DNA from: Myxococcota bacterium
Lineage (GTDB): Bacteria > Myxococcota_A > UBA9160 > UBA4427
NCBI GenBank assembly: GCA_965250285.1
Contig: OZ252299.1
Span: 3,475,104 to 3,539,103 of the forward strand
Direction: 5' to 3'
Length of the DNA: 64,000 bases
Shown piece by piece: positions 18,472 through 26,714 of this stretch (position 1 is its first letter; each line of letters starts with the position of its first letter). Under the pieces are notes generated by a model, which had not been told where the DNA came from, searched no databases, and saw only the letters and a program-made list of their open reading frames with translations. The translations under genes were made by a program, and so were the position numbers.

Positions 18472-19317
18472 ATGCAATCCGACCCGACGCGGCGCTTCGC
18501 CGACCTGGCGGCTCTGCCCGATCCCGAGATCGACGTGGCGCTCGGCGCATTCCTGATCGCGGCCGAGCAGGCGCCCGGCCTCGACGTCAGCGCCCAGCTC
18601 GAGCGCCTCGACCTGATCGCCGATCGCCTGGCGCCGGAGGTCGCGTCGGCGCCCGACGACGCGGCGCGGATCGAGCTGTTGAATCGTGGCCTGTTCGACG
18701 ATCTCGGGTTCCATGGCAACCGAGACGACTACGAAGACCCGCGCAACAGCTTTCTCAACGAGGTGCTCGATCGCCGTACGGGCATCCCGATCACGCTCGC
18801 GCTCGTCTACGTCGAGGTCGCGCGTCGGCTCGGCATGAACGCGGCCGGGGTCGGGTTTCCGGGCCACTTCCTCGCCAAGATCAGCGACGTCGCCACGCCC
18901 GACGGCAACGACGAGGTCGTGATCGACGCCTTCTTCGGCCGGACCATCGGGCTTCACGAGTGCCAGGAACGGTTGCGCCAGGCGCTCGGCCCGGGCGCTC
19001 ACCTCGGGCCCGACAGCCTGCGCGCAGCCACGTCACGCGAGATCCTGACCCGGATGCTCTCGAACCTGAAGGGCCACCACCTGCGCCGGGCAGAGCCGCT
19101 CGACGCACTGTCGTGCATCGATCGCATCTTGATGCTGTGGCCCGGCGCCGCGCTCGAGTACCGAGACCGCGGCCTGATCAACGACCAGCTCGGCTTCAGC
19201 GAGCCGGCCCGCGCCGACCTCGAGCGCTTCCTCGAGCTCGCGCCGATGCATGAGAGCGCGGCACAGGTGCGTTCGACGCTCGAGCGCATCGGGACGACCC
19301 GACCGCTGATTCACTGA
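18472..19317 (+). CDS. SirB1/YchA-like transglutaminase-like + TPR protein
   Basis: The internal ATG 18472 (MQSDPTRRFADL..) fits the family length. Contains ..NRGLFDDLGFHGNRDDYEDPRNSFLNEVLDRRTGIPITLALVY..GFPGHFL. Confidence 0.75.
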   Translation: MQSDPTRRFADLAALPDPEIDVALGAFLIAAEQAPGLDVSAQLERLDLIADRLAPEVASAPDDAARIELLNRGLFDDLGFHGNRDDYEDPRNSFLNEVLDRRTGIPITLALVYVEVARRLGMNAAGVGFPGHFLAKISDVATPDGNDEVVIDAFFGRTIGLHECQERLRQALGPGAHLGPDSLRAATSREILTRMLSNLKGHHLRRAEPLDALSCIDRILMLWPGAALEYRDRGLINDQLGFSEPARADLERFLELAPMHESAAQVRSTLERIGTTRPLIH

Positions 19318-19329
19318 CGCGGGCGCGTC

Positions 19330-21198
19330 TCAGGGATTGGCGAGGAGCGCCGGCCAGACCCGGTCGACACCGGCGGGCGCGGCGACCGATCCATCGATCT
19401 TCCCGGTCCAGACGTACGGCGCGAAGCCGCTCTCGATGTCGTCGAAGACCTGGACCTTGCCTTCGAGGCTGGGGGCCGTGCTGCCACCGACGGCGACCTC
19501 GAGGCGCCCATCCCCATTGAGGTCGGCGAGCATCGGCGCGAGCACTTCGAGCTCGAGTCCGGGGATCGCCGCCGACTCGTTCACCACCAGGCGACCGAAG
19601 CCGGCTTGTGCGTCGTCGTAGACGTCGATGACCGTCCGACCGCTGCGGTGCGAGGCCACGACGATCTCGGCGCGTCCATCGGCATCGACATCGCCCCCGG
19701 CCACATCGGTCGCGCCGTCGTAGTCGAGCGTCGCGTAGAGCGGGACGACGTTGACCAGATCTTCGAACGTGCCGCTCGGGCGGATCGGCTGGTACAGCTC
19801 GAGCGCGTCGTCGAGCACCGTGATCGTGCCCTGCCCCTCTTCGGTTCGACCGATCAGGATCTCATCGCGTCCGTCGCCGTCGACGTCGGCCAGCGACGGC
19901 TTCGTCGATCCGAACGAGTAGTAGAAGACGCCGAGGCGCGACGAGAGCGAGAGCGTCGAGATGCGAGGGCCCGACGTACCGGACATCGTCGCGTAGTTCG
20001 CCCCCTGGTCGTCGAGCATCATGATGCTCGCCCAGGCCGACGCACCCAGGCCCACCGCAATCTCGTTCAGGCCGTCGCCATCGACATCCCCACACGCAGG
20101 GATCGTCTCGCCATTCGAAGCCGCGTAGTCGGGATCGGTGCCCACGATCACTTCTCGGTCGACGACCGCGAGATCTTCGAGTGTCAGCAGGAGCAGGCGC
20201 GACCCCGACCCGCGCCCGAAGCCGACCACCAGGTCGCGGTCGCCGTCGTCGTCTAGGTCACACCACGTCGGACGGGCGCCGTAGTTGCGAATCAGGTCGT
20301 CGCGCACCAGCAGCTCGCTGCGCCCGTTGAGCCGCAGCAGACGCAGGCTGTCGCTGACTGCGTAGAGACCGACCACCTGGGACTCGGGCGTGGCCTGGGC
20401 GACCGGGGGAAGCCCGGGGAGCGCCCCGGGACCCGAATCCGGCTCGGGATCGGGCAGGACCTGCGCGTTCGCCACCTCGAACGTGCCCGTCATCGGCGGA
20501 CTGGCGACGCCGGTCGCGCCGTTCTCGGACCACGCGACGACCTCGTACGAGTGCATCCCGTCGGAGAGGAGCGCCGTGTTGAAGGGTTGGATCGTGGCGG
20601 GGCCGCCGCCGTCGCCGGCGAGCGACCACGGCGCGGCGTTCTCGATGCGATACAGCGCGCCGTCGATCGCGAACGTGACGCTCTCGACGGCGCCCTCGAC
20701 CCGCGCGGTGACCTTGATCGCGCCATCGGCGACCGTTCCGAAACCGCGCACCGACGTGACGCGGGGGCGCGGCACGGCCTCGAGCGTGATCTGGTTCGAG
20801 GGGACCGACACGAGCCCACTGCCCCAGGCCTGGAGCGACGCGATCCACGTGACGCTGTCTTCGATCTCGACGACCGCGCTCATCCGCCCGCCGACCTCGG
20901 CCGGGAGACCCAGCGCGTGCTGAACGGTCTCGGCTCCATCCGCGCTTCGCAGCGTCAGGATGTAGCCCTCGACGCCCTGCGAAGGCGACGGGAGCCACTT
21001 GAAGGTGTGATTGGCCGCATCGGCCCAGGCCGCAGACGCACACGCGAAGACGGCGGCGAGGGCGGCAGCCGCGAGCGACGCGAGCGAAGAGAACGGGCGG
21101 GCGCGGGTCAGTGCCGGGCGTGAAGAGTGTGCGAGCGCAGACACACGAGGCGCGACGCTCCACCACGAGGTCGAATTCGGGTTGTGGGGAGCGTGCAT
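19330..21198 (-). CDS. secreted FN3/Ig-like + FG-GAP (VCBS) beta-propeller repeat protein, paralog A
   Basis: Signal-like N-terminus, then HTFKWLPSPSQGVEGYIL. Repeated Ca-binding FG-GAP cores follow: CDLDDDGDRDLVVG, CGDVDGDGLNEIAVG, ADVDGDGRDEILIG, GGDVDADGRAEIVVA, ADLNGDGRLEVAVG. Confidence 0.8.
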   Translation of the reverse strand: MHAPHNPNSTSWWSVAPRVSALAHSSRPALTRARPFSSLASLAAAALAAVFACASAAWADAANHTFKWLPSPSQGVEGYILTLRSADGAETVQHALGLPAEVGGRMSAVVEIEDSVTWIASLQAWGSGLVSVPSNQITLEAVPRPRVTSVRGFGTVADGAIKVTARVEGAVESVTFAIDGALYRIENAAPWSLAGDGGGPATIQPFNTALLSDGMHSYEVVAWSENGATGVASPPMTGTFEVANAQVLPDPEPDSGPGALPGLPPVAQATPESQVVGLYAVSDSLRLLRLNGRSELLVRDDLIRNYGARPTWCDLDDDGDRDLVVGFGRGSGSRLLLLTLEDLAVVDREVIVGTDPDYAASNGETIPACGDVDGDGLNEIAVGLGASAWASIMMLDDQGANYATMSGTSGPRISTLSLSSRLGVFYYSFGSTKPSLADVDGDGRDEILIGRTEEGQGTITVLDDALELYQPIRPSGTFEDLVNVVPLYATLDYDGATDVAGGDVDADGRAEIVVASHRSGRTVIDVYDDAQAGFGRLVVNESAAIPGLELEVLAPMLADLNGDGRLEVAVGGSTAPSLEGKVQVFDDIESGFAPYVWTGKIDGSVAAPAGVDRVWPALLANP

Positions 21199-21332
21199 GA
21201 CGGGCGGGCGCGGACCTTCTGCAAAGAGGACGGGTCTTCGAGGTGGCCCATCGTTAGCAGCGTCCGCGCCGGGGTTCGGGAACTGACGTCACAATTCTCG
21301 ACCTATTTCGGATGAATCGATGCGAACGCATG

Positions 21333-21616
21333 TTCGACCTCATGCGTTCGCGTCGGCCGGTCTCCCGGTGCGACCGGACGCGACCGGTTGGCCCGGCCGC
21401 ACCCTTCATCTTCGACCTCATGCGTTCGCGTCGGCCGGTCTCCCGGTGCGACCGGACGCGACCGGTTGGCCCGGCCGCACCCTTCATCTTCGACCTCATG
21501 CGTTCGCGTCGGCCGGTCTCCCGGTGCGACCGGACGCGACCGGTTGGCCCGGCCGCACCCTTCATCTTCGACCTCATGCGTTCGCGTCGGCCGGTCTCCC
21601 GGTGCGACCGGACGCG
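21333..21616. repeat. 78-bp tandem repeat, 3 perfect copies + 50-bp partial copy
   Basis: Copies start at 21333, 21411, 21489 and 21567 and are identical as read. The array ends 3 nt from the stop codon (21620-21622) of paralog B. An 11-bp-stem hairpin (21322-21351) sits on the left boundary. Confidence 0.95.
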
Positions 21617-21619
21617 TGT

Positions 21620-23539
21620 TCAGTCGCGGGGCTCGAGCGCCGGAAAGACCGCGCCGTCGCCCGGGGCCCCGACCACGATGCCCTCGGCATCGCCCGTCCA
21701 GATGAGCGCGGAGAAACCCGTAGTGAGGTCGTCCAATACCCGAATCTCGCTCGCGTTCGATGCGCCGGGTGCGGGCCCGACCACCAGCTCGGCGAAGCCG
21801 TCGCCGTCGATGTCGGCCACGCTCGGCACCCCGGCACCGAGAATCGGCCGCCCCGTTCGGTCTTCGACCATCCGAGCGAAGCCCTGCGTGGCGTCGTCGA
21901 GGACATCGATCATCGGGCCGTCCGCTGCCATGAGGGTGACGGCGATCTCGTCGATGCCGTCGCCGTCGAGGTCGCCCACAGCGATCCGCGTAGTGCCATC
22001 GGACGCCTGGTAGGCCGCATCGGTCACGGCCTCGAGCACCCCGAGCTCGAGGCGCAGCGGCTCGAAGAGCGCAAAGCCGGTGGTCGCGTCGTCGAAGATC
22101 GAGATCGTTCCGCCCGCACCTTCGCTGCGGCCGACCACGATCTCATCGATGCCGTCGCCATCGATGTCGCCCAGATGGGGCCGGGCCACGCCGTCGCGGG
22201 CGTAGTCGATGCCGAACATCGCCACGAAGGGCAGCGATCGAAGCAGGTTGCGGAGCGATGCCTGCATCGGGGCGTAGCCCGTCGCACGATCGTCGAAGAT
22301 CGACATGCTCGCGATCGACATGCCGCCGAGCCCGACGACGAGCTCGCTTGCGCCATCGCCATCGATGTCGCCGCAGCTCGGGAAGGTCTCGCCATTGCGA
22401 CTGATGTAGCGACCGTTCGTGCCGGCCATGTCGCGCTCGTCGGTCACGCTGAGGCCGTCGAGCTCGAGCAGCAGGACCCGGGCGCGCGAGCCCGGCCCGA
22501 AACCGATCACCAGATCCTGATCACCATCGCCATCGAGGTCACACCAGTCGGGGCGCAGATCGCCGGCCGCGGCGAACTCGCTGTTCGTGATCAGCGTCGT
22601 CGATCCATCGACGTGCACGGCGACGATGTCACCCGACGGCGTTCCCTGGAGACCCGCGACCGCGCCGGCCGGGCCGCTCGGGATCGGGTCGGGGACGGGA
22701 TCGGGATCGGTGGACGTATCCGGATCGGGATCGGGCGTCGGGTCGGGCACCGGATCCGGATCGGGGATGGGATCGACCTGATTGTCGACGTAGAACGTCG
22801 CGCTGACCGATGCGCCCTCGACGCCGCCGGCCGAGTCACCCGAGTAGCCCACCGCGGTGATCGTGTGCTCACCGTCGGGCAGCTGCGTCGTGTCGAACGG
22901 TCGCTCGGTTCCGATGTCACCGTCGTCGCTCTCGATCGAGTACGGCAGTGCGTTCTCGATGCGGTACGAGCTGCCATTCAGCAGAAATTGCACGCTCTCC
23001 GTCGCGCCGTAGACCTGCGCAACGACGACGATGTCGCCCGAGACGACGCCGCTCGCGCCATCGATCTTCGACACGCCGAAGCCGGGCTCACCCGGTGCCG
23101 GTGCAGCCGCCACGACGATCTCGTTCGAGTAGTCGGAGACGACGCCACTCCCGTACGCACGCAATCGCAGGTAGAGATCGACGCTGTCTTCGAGCTCCAT
23201 CACCGACTGGATCTGACCGTTCTGCTCGGCCGGAAGCCCGAGGTCGAAGGTCGACGCCGTGGCGCCGGAGCTCGTACCGACCGCGAGTTCGTAGCCCTCG
23301 ACGCCATCGGAAGGCGACGGGATCCAGCGCACGGTGTAGTCGCGGAGCTCGGCATGCGCGGGCGCGCCCGAGCCGAGCGCGACGAACCCGACGCAGAGCA
23401 CCAGGGCGGCACGCGCGATCGCGATGGAGATCGTGGGACGAGCAAAGACGTCGAAGGGGCGAGCAGCGTGACGTGTTCGCGCGAAGGAGCGGACGGACGA
23501 GTCGATCATCATGGGCCGATTGATCGGAGTCGACCTCAC
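21620..23539 (-). CDS. secreted FN3/Ig-like + FG-GAP beta-propeller repeat protein, paralog B
   Basis: Colinear with paralog A (YTVRWIPSPSDGVEGYEL; CDLDGDGDQDLVIG; CGDIDGDGASELVVG; GDIDGDGIDEIVVG; GDLDGDGIDEIAV; ADIDGDGFAELVVG) plus a PDPxP linker. Start uncertain (GTG 23539, or ATG 23512/23509). Confidence 0.8.
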   Translation of the reverse strand: MRSTPINRPMMIDSSVRSFARTRHAARPFDVFARPTISIAIARAALVLCVGFVALGSGAPAHAELRDYTVRWIPSPSDGVEGYELAVGTSSGATASTFDLGLPAEQNGQIQSVMELEDSVDLYLRLRAYGSGVVSDYSNEIVVAAAPAPGEPGFGVSKIDGASGVVSGDIVVVAQVYGATESVQFLLNGSSYRIENALPYSIESDDGDIGTERPFDTTQLPDGEHTITAVGYSGDSAGGVEGASVSATFYVDNQVDPIPDPDPVPDPTPDPDPDTSTDPDPVPDPIPSGPAGAVAGLQGTPSGDIVAVHVDGSTTLITNSEFAAAGDLRPDWCDLDGDGDQDLVIGFGPGSRARVLLLELDGLSVTDERDMAGTNGRYISRNGETFPSCGDIDGDGASELVVGLGGMSIASMSIFDDRATGYAPMQASLRNLLRSLPFVAMFGIDYARDGVARPHLGDIDGDGIDEIVVGRSEGAGGTISIFDDATTGFALFEPLRLELGVLEAVTDAAYQASDGTTRIAVGDLDGDGIDEIAVTLMAADGPMIDVLDDATQGFARMVEDRTGRPILGAGVPSVADIDGDGFAELVVGPAPGASNASEIRVLDDLTTGFSALIWTGDAEGIVVGAPGDGAVFPALEPRD

Positions 23540-24281
23540 GAGGTCCCGTGATGATGCTCACCCCATGTCACGACTTGAACGAACTCGCGAAAAAAAGATC
23601 GCGAGACTTCGGAACACGCGCACGTATCGCGTCGAAAAGCGACGTATGTCACGACGCAGAAGACGATGCATGCGATCGACACGTGCGACCGAACGCCGAG
23701 CGTTGCGCACCGAGGCAACGCCAGTCACGTCATCGCCACACGAAGTGCGACGTGCATCACGCGGTCATGAGCACGTCGTTGCGATGCGGATCACGTCGTC
23801 GAAGAGAGCGTTCGCGGCCGCATGAAGATCGTCGCGACCCGCCTCGCTTCGGTGCATATCGCGGTGCAGAAGCGAACTCGCGGACCGAGATGCAACGAAC
23901 GTTCGACACGCAACGCGTGACAACGCGGTGGGTCGAAGCGCCCGATCTCTCGCACGCGAACGACCCTGCCATCGTGACCCGGTGATTTCCCCGAGCGCGC
24001 ACCGGGCTCGTTCCGTGTTTCACCCGATCACCGAACGGGTGAACGGTCGACACATGATCGCGTCCCCCTACGCCCGCCGATGCAGCGGCGGTCGCGTGCC
24101 TTCCCGATGAGACCCGGCGCTGCGCCGACGACGAAGAGCCGGCGTCGCACCGAGAGATGCCCGGCGACGCATCGACCGGGCAGACGTCGAAGAATGCGAT
24201 GGGGGTCACCGGGCCGCGGTGGTCGATCGGGTCATCGGCCGCGGCCGACCTCGATGTGCCAGCGCTCGAGGGTGAGGAGGG

Positions 24282-24355
24282 CGCCCCGGACAGGATTCGA
24301 ACCTGTGACCGGTCGCTTAGAAGGCGACTGCTCTATCCAACTGAGCTACCGGGGC
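24282..24355 (-). tRNA. tRNA-Arg (anticodon UCU)
   Basis: The reverse complement folds as GCCCCGG-TA-GCTC-AGTTGGATA-GAGC-A-GTCGC-CTTCTAA-GCGAC-CGGTC-ACAGG-TTCGAAT-CCTGT-CCGGGGC-G. 74 nt; CCA not encoded. Confidence 0.9.
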
Positions 24356-24488
24356 GCGGCGGGTCGGAACCGAGGGACCGCTCTGGGCCCGCGTCGGCCG
24401 TGACCCGCAGACGCGCTGCGTCGGATGCGGTGCCCCTCCAGCAGCCGATCCGGCGAAATCAGGGAGCTGGGCCGTCGATCCGGCCACG

Positions 24489-24517
24489 TTGACACCCCCA
24501 GACGCCGAAGATAGCTT
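24489..24517 (+). promoter_or_regulatory. candidate sigma-70 promoter for tRNA-His
   Basis: TTGACA (24489-24494), 17 nt, then TAGCTT (24512-24517), about 22 nt before the tRNA 5' end. Confidence 0.45.
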
Positions 24518-24539
24518 CCGGCGCCCCGAAAGCTGGCGT

Positions 24540-24617
<78 letters not shown>

Positions 24618-24869
24618 GCGCGGCTCCTTCGCTCGTTTGGGCCGAGTCTGCTCTCGTTGGCCGACGCCGCGGCCCGGCCCGCGGCGCCGCGGGCCGAGCG
24701 CTGCGCCGCATCTGGATCCGCCCCTTGGGAAGCCGGGATGGGGCCCTCCACACGGCCACCGCGCCCGGTGGCCGATCGAAAAGCCCTTTGGGCACGCGCA
24801 CCTGCACCGACCCCTCGCCGCGGGCGCTAAGATGAGGGGCGACCGCCGCCGCTGCACAAGGACCCCCCG

Positions 24870-25115
24870 ATGAACCGCATTCGCGCCGCCCGTCAGGCCC
24901 TCGGCTGGACCCAGAACGACCTTGCGATCAAGGCCGGTGTCTCTGCCCGCACCGTGCACGCGGTCGAGAAGGGCCGTCCGTGCCGACAGACGACGAAGCG
25001 CCAGATCTTGAATGCGTTGGGTGTGCCGTGGGAGATGCGCGACGACTACTTCGTCCGCGCGCGCCCGGTCCGCCGGCCGGTCACCAACGAGACGTCGCGC
25101 ATCCGCACCGCCTGA
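24870..25115 (+). CDS. XRE (Cro/C1-type) helix-turn-helix transcriptional regulator
   Basis: 81 aa: IRAARQALGWTQNDLAIKAGVSARTVHAVEKG is a classic HTH_3 pattern. Confidence 0.8.
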   Translation: MNRIRAARQALGWTQNDLAIKAGVSARTVHAVEKGRPCRQTTKRQILNALGVPWEMRDDYFVRARPVRRPVTNETSRIRTA

Positions 25116-25266
25116 TCCGAACCGTTCATCGCGTCCATCGCGTGCACCGGGTGCAGCGTGTGCATCGATCCGCAGCGCGATCGTGCGGGCCGCCGAGCCG
25201 CCTTGCCTCGAAGGTCGCACCACGCCGGGCCGGTCCCGGCAGAGCGAACCGCGCCGGCGTCGGGGT

Positions 25267-26559
25267 TCAGGTGGCCACGCCCGCGCGCAGCGCCTCGGCG
25301 AGATCGAGCACCTCGCTCACCGTGCGATCCATGAACGCAGTCAGCATGACACCGGCACGGTCTTCTTCGCCGGCCGCCGCCTCACGCCGCGCCTCGCGCT
25401 CCACTTCGATGCGCTCGCTCTCGACGCGCGCTTCGAAGGCCGCGAAAGCAGCGCTCACCTCGGGCGCCTTCGTGGCGTAGTCCATCATCACCGCTTCGTT
25501 CAGCTGGTGAAACGTCCACCAAGCCGAGTCGAGATCGCCGGGGGTGAGCTCGCCGTGCCCGCGCGCAAGTGCGGCCGGCAGCGCCCCCTGCAGATAGACC
25601 GGGATGAACACGCTGATGCACGGTGATCCGAACGACACGTAGACCGCCCACGGCGCCACGCGGTCGATGGGGAGCGGCGCAACCAGGCTCGCCGTCGTCG
25701 TGCCCGCCGGTTCGGCATGCATGCACAGCGTGTAGTAGCCAGCGTCTTCGGGCGTGAGGTCGAACGGCGGCGTCGTGGCGCCGTCGCCGTGATCCCGCAG
25801 CAGCGCCTTCATCGCCATCACGTCGTGCTTGCCGCGCCCGGCTTCGAGCAGCGCGCGCGACCGGTCGAGGCGCCCTTCCGAGAGACGCCCCGGCACGTGG
25901 GGGTTGCGATACGCGGTCGTGAGGTCGAGCCGTTCGAGGTCGCGCCACCACCCCTGCCCCCGCGCGAACGACTCGAGATCGCGTGACCCGATCGACCAAT
26001 CGTCGTGCAGCGTGATGTGGTTGGAGAGCGAAGAGAGCGCGACGGGTTTGCCCGCCCAGCGTCGCCCGCTCGTCTCGAGCACCCAGGCCGTCTCGGGATC
26101 GGCGATCAAGAAGCTGTTGTGGTAGCCGCCCTCGCCCGGCCCGAAGGCCGCGCCGCCCTGGCCGTGTTGCTCGAGCAGCGTCGCGATCACCTCGAGCGCC
26201 TCTCGCGCGTCGCGGCCGCGTTCGAGCCCGAGCCGCACGAGATCCATGCCGATCAGGCCGGGCGTCTCCTCGACCGGCTCCTTCGAGAACACCGTGTGGT
26301 TGCCGATCGCGACGCCGTGCTCATTGACGCCATGCTCGAAGCCCCACACCCACCACGGCGAGGCGCCCATCGCCGCATACGTCTCGGCGACCTGGGGGAT
26401 CTCGATGTGGGTGCAGCGCACCGTCGAGCCGCGGGGATGAAACGCCGCCGGCTGCTGGACGAAGGGCTGGCATTCGCCGCGGTGGCGATCGCTGTTCTTC
26501 GCGAACAGCGTCGTGCCGTCACGGGTCTCTGCGCGGGTTGCGACCACCGAATCGCACAT
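25267..26559 (-). CDS. peptidase C69-like Ntn hydrolase (dipeptidase family)
   Basis: Starts MCDSVVATRAETRDGTTLFAKNSDR, with Cys2 as the putative N-terminal nucleophile. 430 aa. Confidence 0.7.
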   Translation of the reverse strand: MCDSVVATRAETRDGTTLFAKNSDRHRGECQPFVQQPAAFHPRGSTVRCTHIEIPQVAETYAAMGASPWWVWGFEHGVNEHGVAIGNHTVFSKEPVEETPGLIGMDLVRLGLERGRDAREALEVIATLLEQHGQGGAAFGPGEGGYHNSFLIADPETAWVLETSGRRWAGKPVALSSLSNHITLHDDWSIGSRDLESFARGQGWWRDLERLDLTTAYRNPHVPGRLSEGRLDRSRALLEAGRGKHDVMAMKALLRDHGDGATTPPFDLTPEDAGYYTLCMHAEPAGTTTASLVAPLPIDRVAPWAVYVSFGSPCISVFIPVYLQGALPAALARGHGELTPGDLDSAWWTFHQLNEAVMMDYATKAPEVSAAFAAFEARVESERIEVEREARREAAAGEEDRAGVMLTAFMDRTVSEVLDLAEALRAGVAT

Positions 26560-26714
26560 GGGACGATGCTAGCAGGGCTGGCATCGACGCCCGAATCGGA
26601 CACCTCAGCCTCGCCTCCGTGCAAGGATCGAGATTCTGGGGGTCGCCTATCCTCCCAGGATCGCCGCGCCGCGGCCAACCCTGCGGATCGAACTCGCCTT
26701 GGAGAGGACACCCG

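Noticed and set aside
21333-21616. The 78-bp periodicity could be a CRISPR-like repeat+spacer, or a coding 26-aa repeat protein (track ORFs 21312..22013 + and 21254..21577 -).
   Set aside because: The whole 78-bp unit is identical in every copy, so there are no spacers. The ORFs across it are open in several frames on both strands with R/P/S-rich, non-protein-like translation, and they sit exactly between a stop codon and the next gene.
25142-25154. TGCACC-G-GGTGCA looks like NtrC half-sites.
   Set aside because: The spacing is 1 nt rather than 5. The sequence lies between two convergent gene ends (XRE and C69 peptidase), not upstream of a sigma-54 promoter. It is more likely part of a weak terminator-like structure.
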